64,000 nucleotides of DNA from contig JAVKOQ020000010.1 in NCBI GenBank assembly GCA_031835245.2, positions 310,001 to 374,000 on the forward strand, written 5' to 3'. This stretch comes from Balamuthia mandrillaris (taxonomy: Eukaryota). Numbering within the stretch: position 1 is the stretch's first letter; each line of letters starts with the position of its first letter. Positions 35,064-47,000 of this stretch are shown one piece after another. A model generated the notes under the pieces. That model did no database searches and was not told the origin of the DNA. It was given only the letters and a program-made list of their open reading frames with translations. A program made the translations under genes and the position numbers.

Positions 35064-35258
35064 TTATTTGTTTGACCGAAGAAAGAAAATCTAATTTCCT
35101 GGAAAATTTTAATTTAATTTCTAATTCAAGTCGACAGAAATATTTTAAATTCCTTAAATTTTCAAAATTCTGAACATTCCTTTATGTATTTGTAACCGTG
35201 ACGACGTGAAACGTTACACTAAAAGAAAAATAAATAAGATAAATAAAAAACAACTGCT

Positions 35259-36327
35259 ATGGAAGGAACAACCGCGGAGGCATTGCCAGACACAACCTTT
35301 CGGATCGAAAAGGAACTAGGCGTCCTGTATTCGCTGTTTTTTGCGACGGAAGAAGGGCAAGGCGAGGTGGTCGTCCTGCAATGCGACAATGGCGGCACGG
35401 GAGAGGTGTGGCGGAGAGCGTTCGGGCAGGCGGCCGTCGCGCATTCCACCGCGTTGCTGGCCACCTCCTTGACCGAGTTCTTCTCGCTGATGAGAACCGC
35501 GTTGGAGGAAAACAACAAGGACGTCAAGCTTCGCATCCATAGAAATGAGGTTTCGATTCTTCGCCTCTTGCCTTCTTGTTCCTCTCATCGCTAAGCCTTG
35601 CTGTGATATAATAGGCAGATCTGGTGTTGCATGTGGTGTTGATGACGTCCGTGGAGGGCCTCAACAAGAGCTTCTCGCTGCAGCTTCGCCTCGACACCAC
35701 CTCGGAAGAGCAAAGATTGTTGTCCATCATTCGGTCTCTGCGTCAAGAGGTTCAGGAATTGCGTCAAGTAACTATCTCTATCCTTTATCCTTCTTCGCCG
35801 TTTCTCTGTTGTCTCTTCTTCTCTTCTCTCTTCTTCTCTTCTTCTCTTCTTCTCTTCTCTCTGTTGCTGGTTTCTTTGGTTCTGTATCTAACAACACCAA
35901 AAACCCAAAGCAAAGAAAAGCCTATCTCTACAAACACAAGACAGAACCCTTCCACACCAAATCCGGGGAATGGACGGCCGTTCCCTCTCTCGACCATCTA
36001 CTCCTCGACTGCCCCAACCACTCCTGCGACCTCAAAATGACGCTCACCTTCAGCGCCTACGGGCAACAGCACGGCGGCATCCGTTTGGTGATGAACGATG
36101 GAGAGAGGGTGTTTGGAGGGCATCGCGGATTTGGGTTCGACTATGTGCTGCCGCAGAGCAATGTCTGGACAAAGAGGTGCATTGTGCAAGTGTTGAGTGG
36201 AGTGCCAAAGGGAAGAAATGTGTTTCGGTTGGAAGTGAGAAGTCAGGCGCCTGAAGCTCCGTTGCAGCTGCATAAAGGCGGAGAAGGGGAGTATAGTGGC
36301 ACTTTCATCTTGTTGGAAGAGTTATAA
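35259..36327 (+). CDS. Hypothetical protein: head domain, short coiled coil and beta-rich C-terminal domain; 3 exons
   Basis: GC-rich coding-like segments 35259-35549, about 35615-35766 and about 35910-36327, separated by GT-AG pyrimidine-rich introns. Confidence 0.7.
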
Positions 36328-36484
36328 AAAAAAGTAACAGAAGGACAGCACCACCAAAGTAATACCAAAAAAGAGAAGAGCAAAGAAAGAAAAACGAAGA
36401 AATGCAACAGAATAAGAAGGAAAGATAGAAGAAAGAACGAAGATGGAAGCAAGAAGGGATGCGAAATAAGGAAGATAAGAATGT

Positions 36485-36688
36485 TTAGTTTAGGCTTTGT
36501 TGAATGGCGAAGAGCCTTTGTTCCAGAATGGAGGACACGACTTCCGGGTTGAACTTCTCGACCATGTCCTGTCGTGCTTTTTGACCTTTGAGCTCCCGTT
36601 CTCCCTTGTTCTCCACCACTCTTCTCATAAGTTGACGCAACAATGGCACGCTTGGCTCCGCCCCTACGTTTAACGAATGAGCAAAGAG

Positions 36689-36725
<37 letters not shown>

Positions 36726-38737
36726 AAGAAGAAACATACATTTGTGTCCTTTGAATGAACCTTCTGGAACCTCTGAAAGGCCTTCTATCTCAAGGGGATA
36801 CGAATTATCCTCAGTCAAAAAGGCAGTTGGTCCCGACCATTTCGTAGCTATCACCGGCAGAGCCATGCTCATGGCTTCCACAATGGGTCTACCCCATCCC
36901 TCCCCTCGAGTGGGAAGCACGAAGGCATCCATGTTGTGATAGAGGAAGGGAAGGTTGGTTTGAGCAACATGTTGCCCAAGGATGATGACAGGAGGCAACA
37001 TTCCTTCATCCACTTTGGATTGGAGCGAAGAGGAAGAGGAAGAAGAGGAAATAAAGGAGGCTATCTCTTTGGCGAAGCTAAAGTCGGGATGTGCGTGGAA
37101 CAAGTTGGTGAGCAAGACCAGCACAACGCTATCCGATTTAGAGAACTCTTCGAAGTAGGCTTTCAACAGAACGTCCCATCCCTAAGGGATTGATTGTTTC
37201 AAACAAAAAATCAGGAAAAGACAAAAAAAATGAAATGAAAAAAATAAAAAAGAAATCCGGCAACCCGGACTCGAACCAGGAACCAACGGAAAGCTATTGT
37301 GACAACTACAGTCCGCTGCGCTACCAATTGCGCCATTGCCGGATGTTGCTCCGAAACGCAAAATTTTGGATGAAAATGTCTAAAAATCGATAATTCGTCT
37401 CTTAAAAATATAATAAATAAAAATAAAAATAAAAAATATAATAAAACAATTAAAAAATGTAAATATAAATAAAACAATGGCAAAAAATAAAAAATAAAAC
37501 AATGGCAAAAAAATAAATAATAAAAAATAAAATAAAACAATAAAAAAATATAAATATAAATAAAACAATTAAAAAATAAAAAATAAAATAATGGCAAAAA
37601 AATAAATAATAAAAAATAAAGATAAAATAAAAATAAAATACAATAACAAAAGACTTACCTTCCTTCGCTCCCACTTGAAAGAGGAGAAGAACCGAAATGC
37701 AGAGCGATCCACGTCCTTCCACGCGGCGCCAAAGGAGGCGGCGGGGAGGAGGAGCTCGTCCAGCTTGCCATCATCCCTCTCCGCCTTGGCAGGGTCGAAG
37801 AAGGTGCTGTTGACGGACTGCGGGAGGACGTGCAGCTTCTCCGGCTTGACCCCGTTGGCCGCAAAGGTACGCCGATGAAACTCTGTTGGCACCCATATCT
37901 CGTCCATGTCGTTGCACCTCTCTGCCCATCCTTTTTGTTGTTTTTTTGTTGTGGTTCGATGGGTTAGCCTCTGGTTGTTCTCGTTGCACTCGCTGCACTC
38001 TCCAGCTCGAGGAACGAACCATCGGGAATGCGGTCCGTTTCGAACATGGTCCTCCCCACACGGTACATGTTGGCTTTGGCCTCGGGCGGCACCGGCGGCG
38101 GGCAAAACGACGTCTCGTAGCGCGGCGGGTACCAGGCCCCGGCCTCCGAGTGGCAGACCACCACCATTCGGGCGGCGGGGTCGTCCAGGCTGGGCAGCGG
38201 CGTGGCGTACAGCCGGGTGAGCAGGGAGCGCAGCTCGGCGGGGAGGCCAAACACAAAGTCGCGGTGGAAGGCGTCGCCGTGCTGGGAGACCCGCAGGCGC
38301 GCCACCTTGCTGTGGAGCGGGACCAGGTAGGAGAGGGCCTCGCTGCAGTAGCCCCCGCCGCTGAAAATGGGGGCCATCCACCACACAAAGAGGTCCGGTG
38401 AGAGGAGGGGCGCGGGCGACGAGGACCCTGCTGCCTCTGGGCTGCTTGAAGCAGGGGGTGGAGCAGAAGGGCGGGAGGAGGGGAGGTGTTCTTGTGAAGA
38501 GGAGGGAAAGAGATGAAGATCAGTCGGGGAGAGGAGGAATAGGCACAGCAGAAGAAGAGCGGGACAGAGGACCAGCACGAGCGTGACTTTTATAAAGCCA
38601 ACGCCTCCGGAACGAACGCTGGCGGTTGGGTCCGTCACGGCGTGTTGTTTGGGGAGCGATGCAGCAGCAGCAGCAGCAGCGGACGCCGCGCCGCGCTCGT
38701 CTTTGTCGCTTCCTCGAGGCGCCTGCCTCTTTCTCAT
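36485..38737 (-). CDS. Type II membrane glycosyltransferase (GT4/GT-B-like); multi-exon
   Basis: TM segment, then WMAPIFSGGGYCSEA, GRTMFETDRIP, MDEIWVPTEFH, FKWERRK|GWDVLL and DAFVLPTRGEGWGRPIVEAMSMALPVIATKWSG. Confidence 0.92.
37256..37342 (-). tRNA. tRNA-Tyr(GUA) with a 14-nt intron at 37/38
   Basis: CCGGCAA/TTGCCGG acceptor stem + A73, GCGC D-stem with AATTGGTA loop, GCGGA-CTGTAG[TTGTCACAATAGCT]T-TCCGT anticodon arm, CCTGG-TTCGAGT-CCGGG T-arm, T-run downstream. Length 87 nt = 73 + 14. Confidence 0.95.
37405..37650. repeat. AT-rich imperfect tandem repeat inside the GT intron
   Basis: Recurring AATGGCAAAAAA(A)TAAA and ATAAAACAAT units. Confidence 0.75.
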
Positions 38738-39120
38738 CTTTTCTTTTCTTTGATTTTTTTTTTCATTTTGCGATAAAATATCCGATATTTTAGACCATTA
38801 CTCGATAATTGAATCATTTCAAAAGCGGAAAAAGACAACAGAAATGGCCTTTTTATGGTAAGATAAAGCCTCAGTTTTGATTTTTGATTGGTGGTTTGAA
38901 ACTTTCAGTAACCGATCAAAGCATTGAGCCAATTGTCGACAAATAAATGTCGACATAAACAACATTTGGACGAAAGTTTATAGAAATTAGAGCGACGTTT
39001 CGTCGAATTAAAACCTTAAAAATTATTGTTCTATTTATTTTATTTTTTTTTCGGTGCCACAAAAAAAATTGTTCGTTCAACGACAAAACCAAACACACAC
39101 TACACACACTACACACAACG

Positions 39121-40429
39121 ATGCAAGCAAGCGGGAGCGGCGGTGGCATACAGGAGCTGTTGGCGAGCACCAAGGTGGTCGACCTTTTGCCCGCTGGGTT
39201 CTCCCTCAAACACATTGACAGCCAAGACAGCGTGGAGCTTGGGCTTAGGGTAGCGTAGCCGCTTTTTTTTTTTTTCTCGAAGCGTGTGTGTTTGCTTTGG
39301 CGATCTCTCTTTTTATTTTTTCCGTCCTCATCTGATCTACTACCCACTAACTAATCTTTGATTATTATTCATTTATTTATTTTTTATTCATCAAAAGTTG
39401 TTGGTGCAAAACAACATTTACTCTGCCCCAGTTTTGGATGCAGAAAAGTCAGAGTTCCTCGGCCTCATCGACCTCAACGACGTGGTGCTCCACCTCGTGC
39501 GTGTCTTCCTAAAGCAAGCCACCGGCAGCGAGGAGCTCAGCCCCGAGGCCATCCAAAAATTGGCGACGCACCGCTTCAAAGCGGCCGACCTCAGCCATAT
39601 GCTCACTCACTTTATGACTCACCCCATCAAAGATCTCATCAGTTCGTAGTCTCCTCTCATTCCTCTTGCTTCTTGTCCCTTTTCTTATAGGTTTTTTGTG
39701 TTTACGCGAAAACATCAGATCTGTCTGGAACGAATGCTTTGAGGACAACCAGCAATGAGGCCAGCGTGCAGAGCGTGCTGGACACCATGGTCAAGGAGCA
39801 GCTCAGCCGCATCGTGGTGGTCGAGGGGGATAGCAACAGGGTTGTTGGCCTCGTCAGCCAGTCCAACATTGTCAACTTCCTTGCCAAGCATGAAAGCGCT
39901 CTTGGCCCCATCGCCTCCAAAACAGTACGTTCTCTCTGCCTCTCTCTCTCTCTTTATTTTGTTTGTTGGTCTTTCTTACATTGAAAAAACAAAACAACAG
40001 TTGGGAGAAGCAAAGATCGGTTCCTCTCATGTGATTGCCGTTCCGACAGACACTAGCACCATCGTGGCCTTTGCCAAGATCTGCCTCCACAACATCAGCC
40101 ACCTGGCCATCACCAACGAGCACGGCCACCTCGTCGGCAACATCAGCTTGAAGGACGTGAAAGGCGCCGGCGACTTTGCCGGCCTCGTCGGCCACGTCTA
40201 CGACTATGTCAACGCCATCCGTCGAGAGAACTTGAAGGCGGTCCACCCGGCCATTCACGCCAACGACACGGAAACGGTGGGCAGGACCATCGTGCGCCTG
40301 GCCACGATTCACATCCACAGGATCTACTTGACGCACATCGAGAAGGGGCAGCAGGATAAGGTCAGCAGCTATGCGCCCTCTGGAGTGGTTTCTCTGCGTG
40401 ATGTTCTTTCTCTCTTTGTTTCTTCTTAA
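39121..40429 (+). CDS. CBS-domain protein (AMPK-gamma/Sds23-like); multi-exon
   Basis: CBS-like segments NNIYSAPVLD...FLGLIDLND, RIVVVE...VVGLVSQSN, HLAITNEHGHLVGNISLKD and IHRIYL...GVVSLRD. Confidence 0.88.
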
Positions 40430-40511
40430 AGAGAAAAAAAAAAACGATGTATCTTTTTTTTAATGATGATAACATAGCTTTTCTTTTGTTGAAGAGGTGG
40501 AAAAAAAGAAG

Positions 40512-42262
40512 TTATGAAGAGGAGGAAGAGGAAGAAGAAGCAGGAAGAAGCGCGTCCCATTCTTCTTTGTGTTGTTTGTAGTCTCCCTGTGCCATCTTCA
40601 ACGTTCGAAGCAAAAAGTCGACCGACTTTCGGTTCTCTGGCTCCGCGTCCCATGTGTGTTTGAGGACGAAGCCGAAGGACTTGGGCGCCTTCTCCGGTAT
40701 TGTTGGTCGAACTCCTTTCTTTGCCACTGCTATCAACACCTAATGAACAATCGTGTTGTGAGAATTGTGAAGACAAGAAGGAGGAGGGAGCAGGGAGCAG
40801 GAGGAGGAAGAGAAATGATAAACAATCATCATCATCAAACCTGATAATCCATAATGATGTTCTTGTGCTCGCTGTAAGGTCGGACGTACTCTCCGGTGAG
40901 GCAGCGCATCAGCAGCTCCCAAAGTATAACCCCCAGAGAGAAGACATCCGACTTGTCAGTGTACATCTTTTCCTTAAAGTACACTTCGGGCGCCGTGTAG
41001 ACGTACGTTCCTCTGCAGTTGTAGAGCGTGGAGAATGTGTTGTTGATCTGAGAGCCGTCGCTGTGCTTGGAATCTCTGGAGGTTTGTCGGCTCAGTCCAA
41101 AATCGCAGAGTTTTACTTGGTAGGTATCTGTTATTAGAATGTTTAGACTCTGTTTGGTTGTGTTGTTAGAGTCGTTTGTCAGTATTTATTTAGAAAAAGA
41201 AAGAAGAGAGAACGAGAAGAAGAGATAATAAAGGAAAGAGAACATAAGAAAGAAATGAAGAAGCACAGATGGAGAGACAAGAGTACGAGTTTAAGAAAAG
41301 TACACAGGAAGAGAAGAGGAAAAGAGAAGAGCAGAAAGGAGGGAAGAGAAGGAGCAGAGAGCGAGAGACTTGAAAATAAGACCAGAGAGGAAGAGACGAG
41401 AAGAAGAGAAGGCAGAATAATGAGTGAGAGAATAACCTTAAGATCACGGTGTACAATTTGAGGTTCGCTGTCATGCAAGAAAGCAAGGGCTTCGAGAATC
41501 TGTTGGGCAAGGTTGAACGTGAGGTCCCAGTCGAACCGAACGTCAGGGTTCTTCATTAGATGAAACAAGCTACCGTTGGCACAGTATTCCATCAACACAC
41601 AAAACTTTGGTCGCAAACAGATGCCATAAAAACCAACTATCATATCTCCCCGCACTCGGCTGCAAACGTTTGTCTTGTGTTAGAGGAGAAGGAGAAGGAG
41701 AAGGAGAAGGAGAAGGAGAAGGAGAAGGAGAAGGAGAAGGAGAAGGAGAAGGAGAAGGAGAAGGAAGGAGAAGGAGAGAAGGAGAAGGAGAAGGAGAAGG
41801 AGAAGGAGAAGGAGAAGGAGAAGGGAGAAGGGAGAAGGAGAAGGAGAAGGAGAAGGAGAAGGAAGGAGAAGGAGAAGGAGAAGGAGAAGGAGAAGGAGAA
41901 GGAAAGGAGAAGGAGAAGGAGAAGGAGAAGGAGAAGGAGAAGGAGAAGGAGAAGGAGAAGGAGAAAGCAAGCAAGCAAGCAACAAAAGATACACGAGGAA
42001 GAAGAGACAACAAGAAGCGACAAGGTCTTATAACCCTAAGCTCACTCACCTCATAACTCGGAGCTCTTTCTTAAAGTCGGAAAAAAGTTGAGGCGTGATG
42101 GAGTCTTTCAAAACTTTGATAGCCACTTTCTTGTCTTTGTACATGCCCTTGTAGACCAACGCCGAAGTTCCATCGCCCAAAAAGCTCTCAAACGAAAGCG
42201 AGTTCGGGTCGATCAACTTTAGACGAATAAAATAGCTAAATAATAAATCAAGAAAATAAAAA

Positions 42263-42345
<83 letters not shown>

Positions 42346-42451
42346 GAGCGCCTATTACCTCAAATCCCAAATTCTTTTCTTTTTCGCTGTATTCGCCTTC
42401 ATACTCGGCAAATTTTTTGTTCAGCTCTTCAATCTCTTTGCTGCCTTCCAT
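40512..42451 (-). CDS. Tyrosine-kinase-like (TKL) protein kinase; multi-exon
   Basis: [63 protein letters not shown]. Confidence 0.93.
41683..41965. repeat. (GGAGAA)n microsatellite in a kinase intron
   Basis: Near-perfect hexamer array. Confidence 0.95.
42265..42340. repeat. (GA)n microsatellite, representative of the many (CT)n tracts in introns of this window
   Basis: Perfect dinucleotide run. Confidence 0.95.
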
Positions 42452-42921
42452 GGAACCCAGGTTTTGTTAACTTTTAAAAATATTAAAATAAGTTTGTTCA
42501 TCAATCAAGCACAAATGTTTTTTTTTTTGTAAGCGATTGATTTCGTAGGGTCCCGACGGTGAATCGAGGCAATAAAAAAACGAAATTTTTAAATACCAAA
42601 CCTTTTTTTATGTGTGTGACGGCTTTACAAGTATACTACAACGCAAGTTTTTTATTTGGTTGTTTCCCCTCTTCGTTCGTTCGGTTCAATGACTCACAGG
42701 AAGCAAAGGAGAGCAAGCCCTCTCTCTACCTTTTTGCCTTCTTCTCTTTTTTGTGGTGTGGCTCCTTTCCTTCAGTTCGAATCCGGACGGAAGCATATCC
42801 ATTTTTTGTATTTTTCTGTCGACCGATAGATTCATCTTCGGTTCGATTCCCAGCTCCTTCCTGTTTTTTGTTGTTGTTTTTTTTTGTTTAAAAACTATTT
42901 ATAATTTTTTTAAAATGGATT

Positions 42922-44007
42922 TTATAAGACATCGTCGACGAGGCTGAATGCATCCGCAATGGGATATGCGGACAAGAAGCCGCGTATGCCGCTCCACAAG
43001 CGTTCCTTTCGTCTTTGGTTTCTCCGTTCCCTCCGCTTTTCCTTGCGAAGCGATGGATCCGCTTCATCATCATCGCCGTCTGCGACCTCCTCATCCAAAG
43101 CTTCTTCTTCATCCTCAGTGTCCTCGTCTTCTTCTTCTATGTCGCCATCCTCTTCATCAGTGTCCTCTTCTGCTTTTTCATCACTATCATCATCATCATC
43201 TTCTTCCACTAATTCCTCTTCCTCCTCTTCCACTAATTCTTTTTGTTTTGCTTCTTCTTCCTTCTTTATCGACAAGGAGGAAGCAGAATGTTCACCTTCT
43301 TCCGCTTCTACTTCTTCCTCTGCTTCTCTGTTGTTTCGTGTTCTCTTATCGTTACGTTGTATTGTTGCTGAAGGAAAGAAATAGTCGTCCTCGTCGATGA
43401 ACGGAAAGACTTCCTTGTAGATGCTCGTGTTATGCAAGGCCGTCTCCCACCATACTCCGTTAAACGTTTCCGAACAAATTGGATCCATTATCTTCTCGTA
43501 AAAAGTCATTTTCTCTTCCAATTCGTTTCTTTCTTGTTCTCCCTTTCCTTCTTTTTCTTTTTCTTTGTCTTTTTTTTCTTCTTCTTCTGTTCGTTGTGTC
43601 TTTTGTTGATGAAGTTCAGAGAGAAATTCTTCGGCGTTGAATGAAGAGAAGCCGAGGTAATAGCTCCAGAGCTGAGTGCGCAGAAGATGAGCAAAGCGGG
43701 AAGCTAGATATGGAGCGCCGTTCATTCGTGTGCGGATGAATTCTTGATCTTCGACCACTATTCCTATCTCTGAATTTTTTCCGAGTAATCTTTTGTTATT
43801 GTTGAGTTTGTAAAACGTTCTGTCAGAAAAAAAAAAAAAAAACAAAAAGAAAACCAGAAGGAAGAGGAAGCAGAAGCAAAAAATAAGAGACGAGGAAGGT
43901 ACCCTTTATCGCTAATGTTTGCAGAACCTATGATGGCAGTGCGATCATCCACAATCATCAAATTGCTGTGTACCTATTTTAAGGAAATGTCAGAAATTAG
44001 AGTCAGA

Positions 44008-44057
<50 letters not shown>

Positions 44058-47000
44058 AAAGCAAATCAGGAAAAGAGAAGCAGAAAGAGGAGATTGAAAG
44101 GAAGATAAGGATGATGACCTGTATCTCTTCGGTTACAGGTTTTCTCCAGCCAGCAGTAGGTTCTGATGGGTCCTCTCTTGCCCAATTTCGAAGACAACAT
44201 ACGCTTATGTAGTCTGTTATATTAAAACTAAGATACTGTCTTTCTTCTCTCTTATTGTTCTTCCGTGTCTTCGTTATTTTCTTTGTGTCTTCTTCGTTTT
44301 CTTTGTGTTTTCCGTCATCGTCATATGCTTCCGCTTCTTCAGCTTTATCTTGTTCATCATACTCTTCCTCGTCGTCTTCTTCATCTGAAAAATTTACCAT
44401 TCGCTGTTGACTCAATGCTGCAAGAAGACCATCTCGCAACAATTTGGCACTTTCTTGCATCGTTTTATGTTGTCTTTTGTTGGTGAGTTTTGTGGCTTTT
44501 GTTCCATAGTAATGCAGAGGCAATATTAAGAAGAAGCGAAAAGTTTCTCGGCTGAGAATGGCACGCATGATTCGGTCTATCAACCGTTCCAATATTTGAT
44601 GTTGTTGTCCGACTGACAATAACTAAGAGAGAGAGAGAGAGAGAGAGTGAGAGCAAAACAACTCAGGGGTTAGTAAAGAATATAAAAATATAACATAAAG
44701 AAGAACGTACAGTGGCGTTTTCCATATAAATAAAATGTTGCGCATCATCGATGGCACTGAGATAAGCACTGTACAGAGAAGTTTCCACTCGGGTAGCTCC
44801 AGTCTTTGGCGATATGCTGCGCACGATTTGACACACACACGTCTTTCGTGGTCTTTCTCCTTCATTTGTGTAATAATCGTTTCTTGTCCTGCTTTTTCTT
44901 CTAGAGGCGCTGTTGTAGTTTTTCTTTTGGTTTGCTGCTTCGCTTCGCTCTGTTCGTGAGAGATGAAGAAAAGCAGGAGTGCTTTCCTCCATTTCATGCA
45001 AAAAGTTTGTTGCTCGATGTTCCATTTCTTTTGCAAAGTTCTTCCATTTCACTTTGTTGGTGAGTTTTTCCGCAGGTGGTGAAGCACCAAAACGAAATGT
45101 TTCCTCAAAGACGTTTCGACGAGAAAACAGAGGCGGTGGTTCTTCTTTGGGATATTTACAAGAAGGATAAGAAGATGACGATGAAGATGAGGATGATAGC
45201 TTGGAAGCAAAAATGCGATGGTGGTTCCATCGTTGGATAAAGTTACTGGTAACATCGTTGGCAGCTAGCCCGTCTATTCTTACCATTATCCCATGCCTTT
45301 AGGATTAAACAAGGAATAAGAAGACAAATCAGAAGAAAGAGTAAAAAAAAGAATGGGGAATGAGAAAAGAGAGAATGGATGAGAGCGGAGGAGAAAGAAG
45401 AAAGAAACTAAAAGCACTAACCAAGGCATGCGAGGATATTTTGTCCTGTCAATAACATCTTCAAAGGGCAACTGCGCGCTCTTAGGTTTGGCAAGCCGAG
45501 GGTTCATATAATCTTTACCGGGCCAATGCATGCTCAAATGGCATTCATCAATTAGAGTGTAATGGCTTGGATCGTCCCATCGACCGAATGCAAGGTCGAT
45601 GTTACCCAGATACGCTAACTTCTGGTCAATCACTACTATCCGTTGGTTGTGACCTGAATTTTGTAGTGCAAGTATTAAAAGAAATAAAGCGCAGAAAGAG
45701 GAAGAGGGAGGGAGGGAGTGAGAAAGAGAGAGCAACAACCTTCAGAGGAACGAGGAGCATGGCACACAGCATATATATTTGGATGCAACTCGTTCAAAAT
45801 AGTGGTTGTGGTCTGGTTGTCCAATCCGCTGCGATCCCACAACAATACATATATCTTCACACCACGCTCAGCCACGGTTCGTAACAATCGGTCCAATCGA
45901 TAACTCTTCAGCGCTTCTTCATCGCTTACTTCGTTCGTTTCGTTTTTTGAACGTGCTTTTGTTGGAGATGAAGCAGGCCGCCGCAATGGAGGTCTCTTGA
46001 GAAAGATGAATGGGCTAAGGAACTTCCCAGTTATGAAAACCTCTGAACGGGCGGACAGAATGCTGTCAGCGATGGCTGCCATCGCAGCTTTGCCGCAAAT
46101 GTACCAACGAGCATCAATCTTTGATCGCGGTGGAGCGAATGACTCGAAGCGATTACCCAATTTTTCTTTTAGGGATTCCCACAGAAAGCAAACAAAAGAT
46201 AAGGATGAAAAAGTGAGTCAAACATTGAAGCAGAGGCTGAAGGAGTTCGAACCATAAGTATACTTCATGAGCACCGTCATCCAAGATTGCATCTCGCAGA
46301 GTTGTTGGGCTCGGAACAGGACTTCTGCTGTTGGAGTTTTCAAACGGAAAACAAACGTTTCAGCATTCTCCACGGTGATGCCGCAATCGTCCAAAAAGTA
46401 TACTTTTCTTTCTTGTTTATCCTGTCCAGTTGGGTTTGTTGAATAGAATTTAACTTTACGTCAATAGAAAGAAATGTCTAGAAGCCAACGAGAAGAGAGA
46501 GAGAGAGAGAGAGAGAGAGCAAGAGAGCGAGAGAGCAAATATGAATATACAAACTACAGAGAGATAATCACCAACCTTTTTGTGCTTATAAATACGGAGA
46601 CAGCCTCCTTTCAGTACGCACCATCGCTTCTTCCACGAACGAAGGTGCACGTTCATTTTCTTAGCGCTTTTCTTCAAGAGATAACCTTCCAACTCATATA
46701 CATGATCTTGCAGCTATGTTTATACCTCCATTTAGTTAAACATGAGGACAAACGATAGAAGAATAAAAGAAAAAGAGAAGAGGAGAGAGAGAGAGAGAGA
46801 GAGACAAACCAGTTTAAGCGGCCGCAAAACTACAGAAACAATGACATCCACAATACCAAAAATATTTAGCAGCTGAGGATATTTTTCTGTCTTTTGGCAG
46901 TACTGAGCAAAAGTGAGTGCTTCCACTGCCACTTCCCTTTGTTCTTGCTGCTTTCTCCTTAGGTGCTTCCTTTTCTGTTCTTCTGTCACTTCTTTAAGTC

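Noticed and set aside
37405..37650. Repeat array as CRISPR-like
   Set aside because: The units are degenerate and A-rich with no unique spacers, the context is a eukaryotic intron, and there are no cas genes.
41560..42056. ORFs encoding EK/GE/SP/poly-L dipeptide repeats
   Set aside because: They are translations of an intronic (GGAGAA)n microsatellite.
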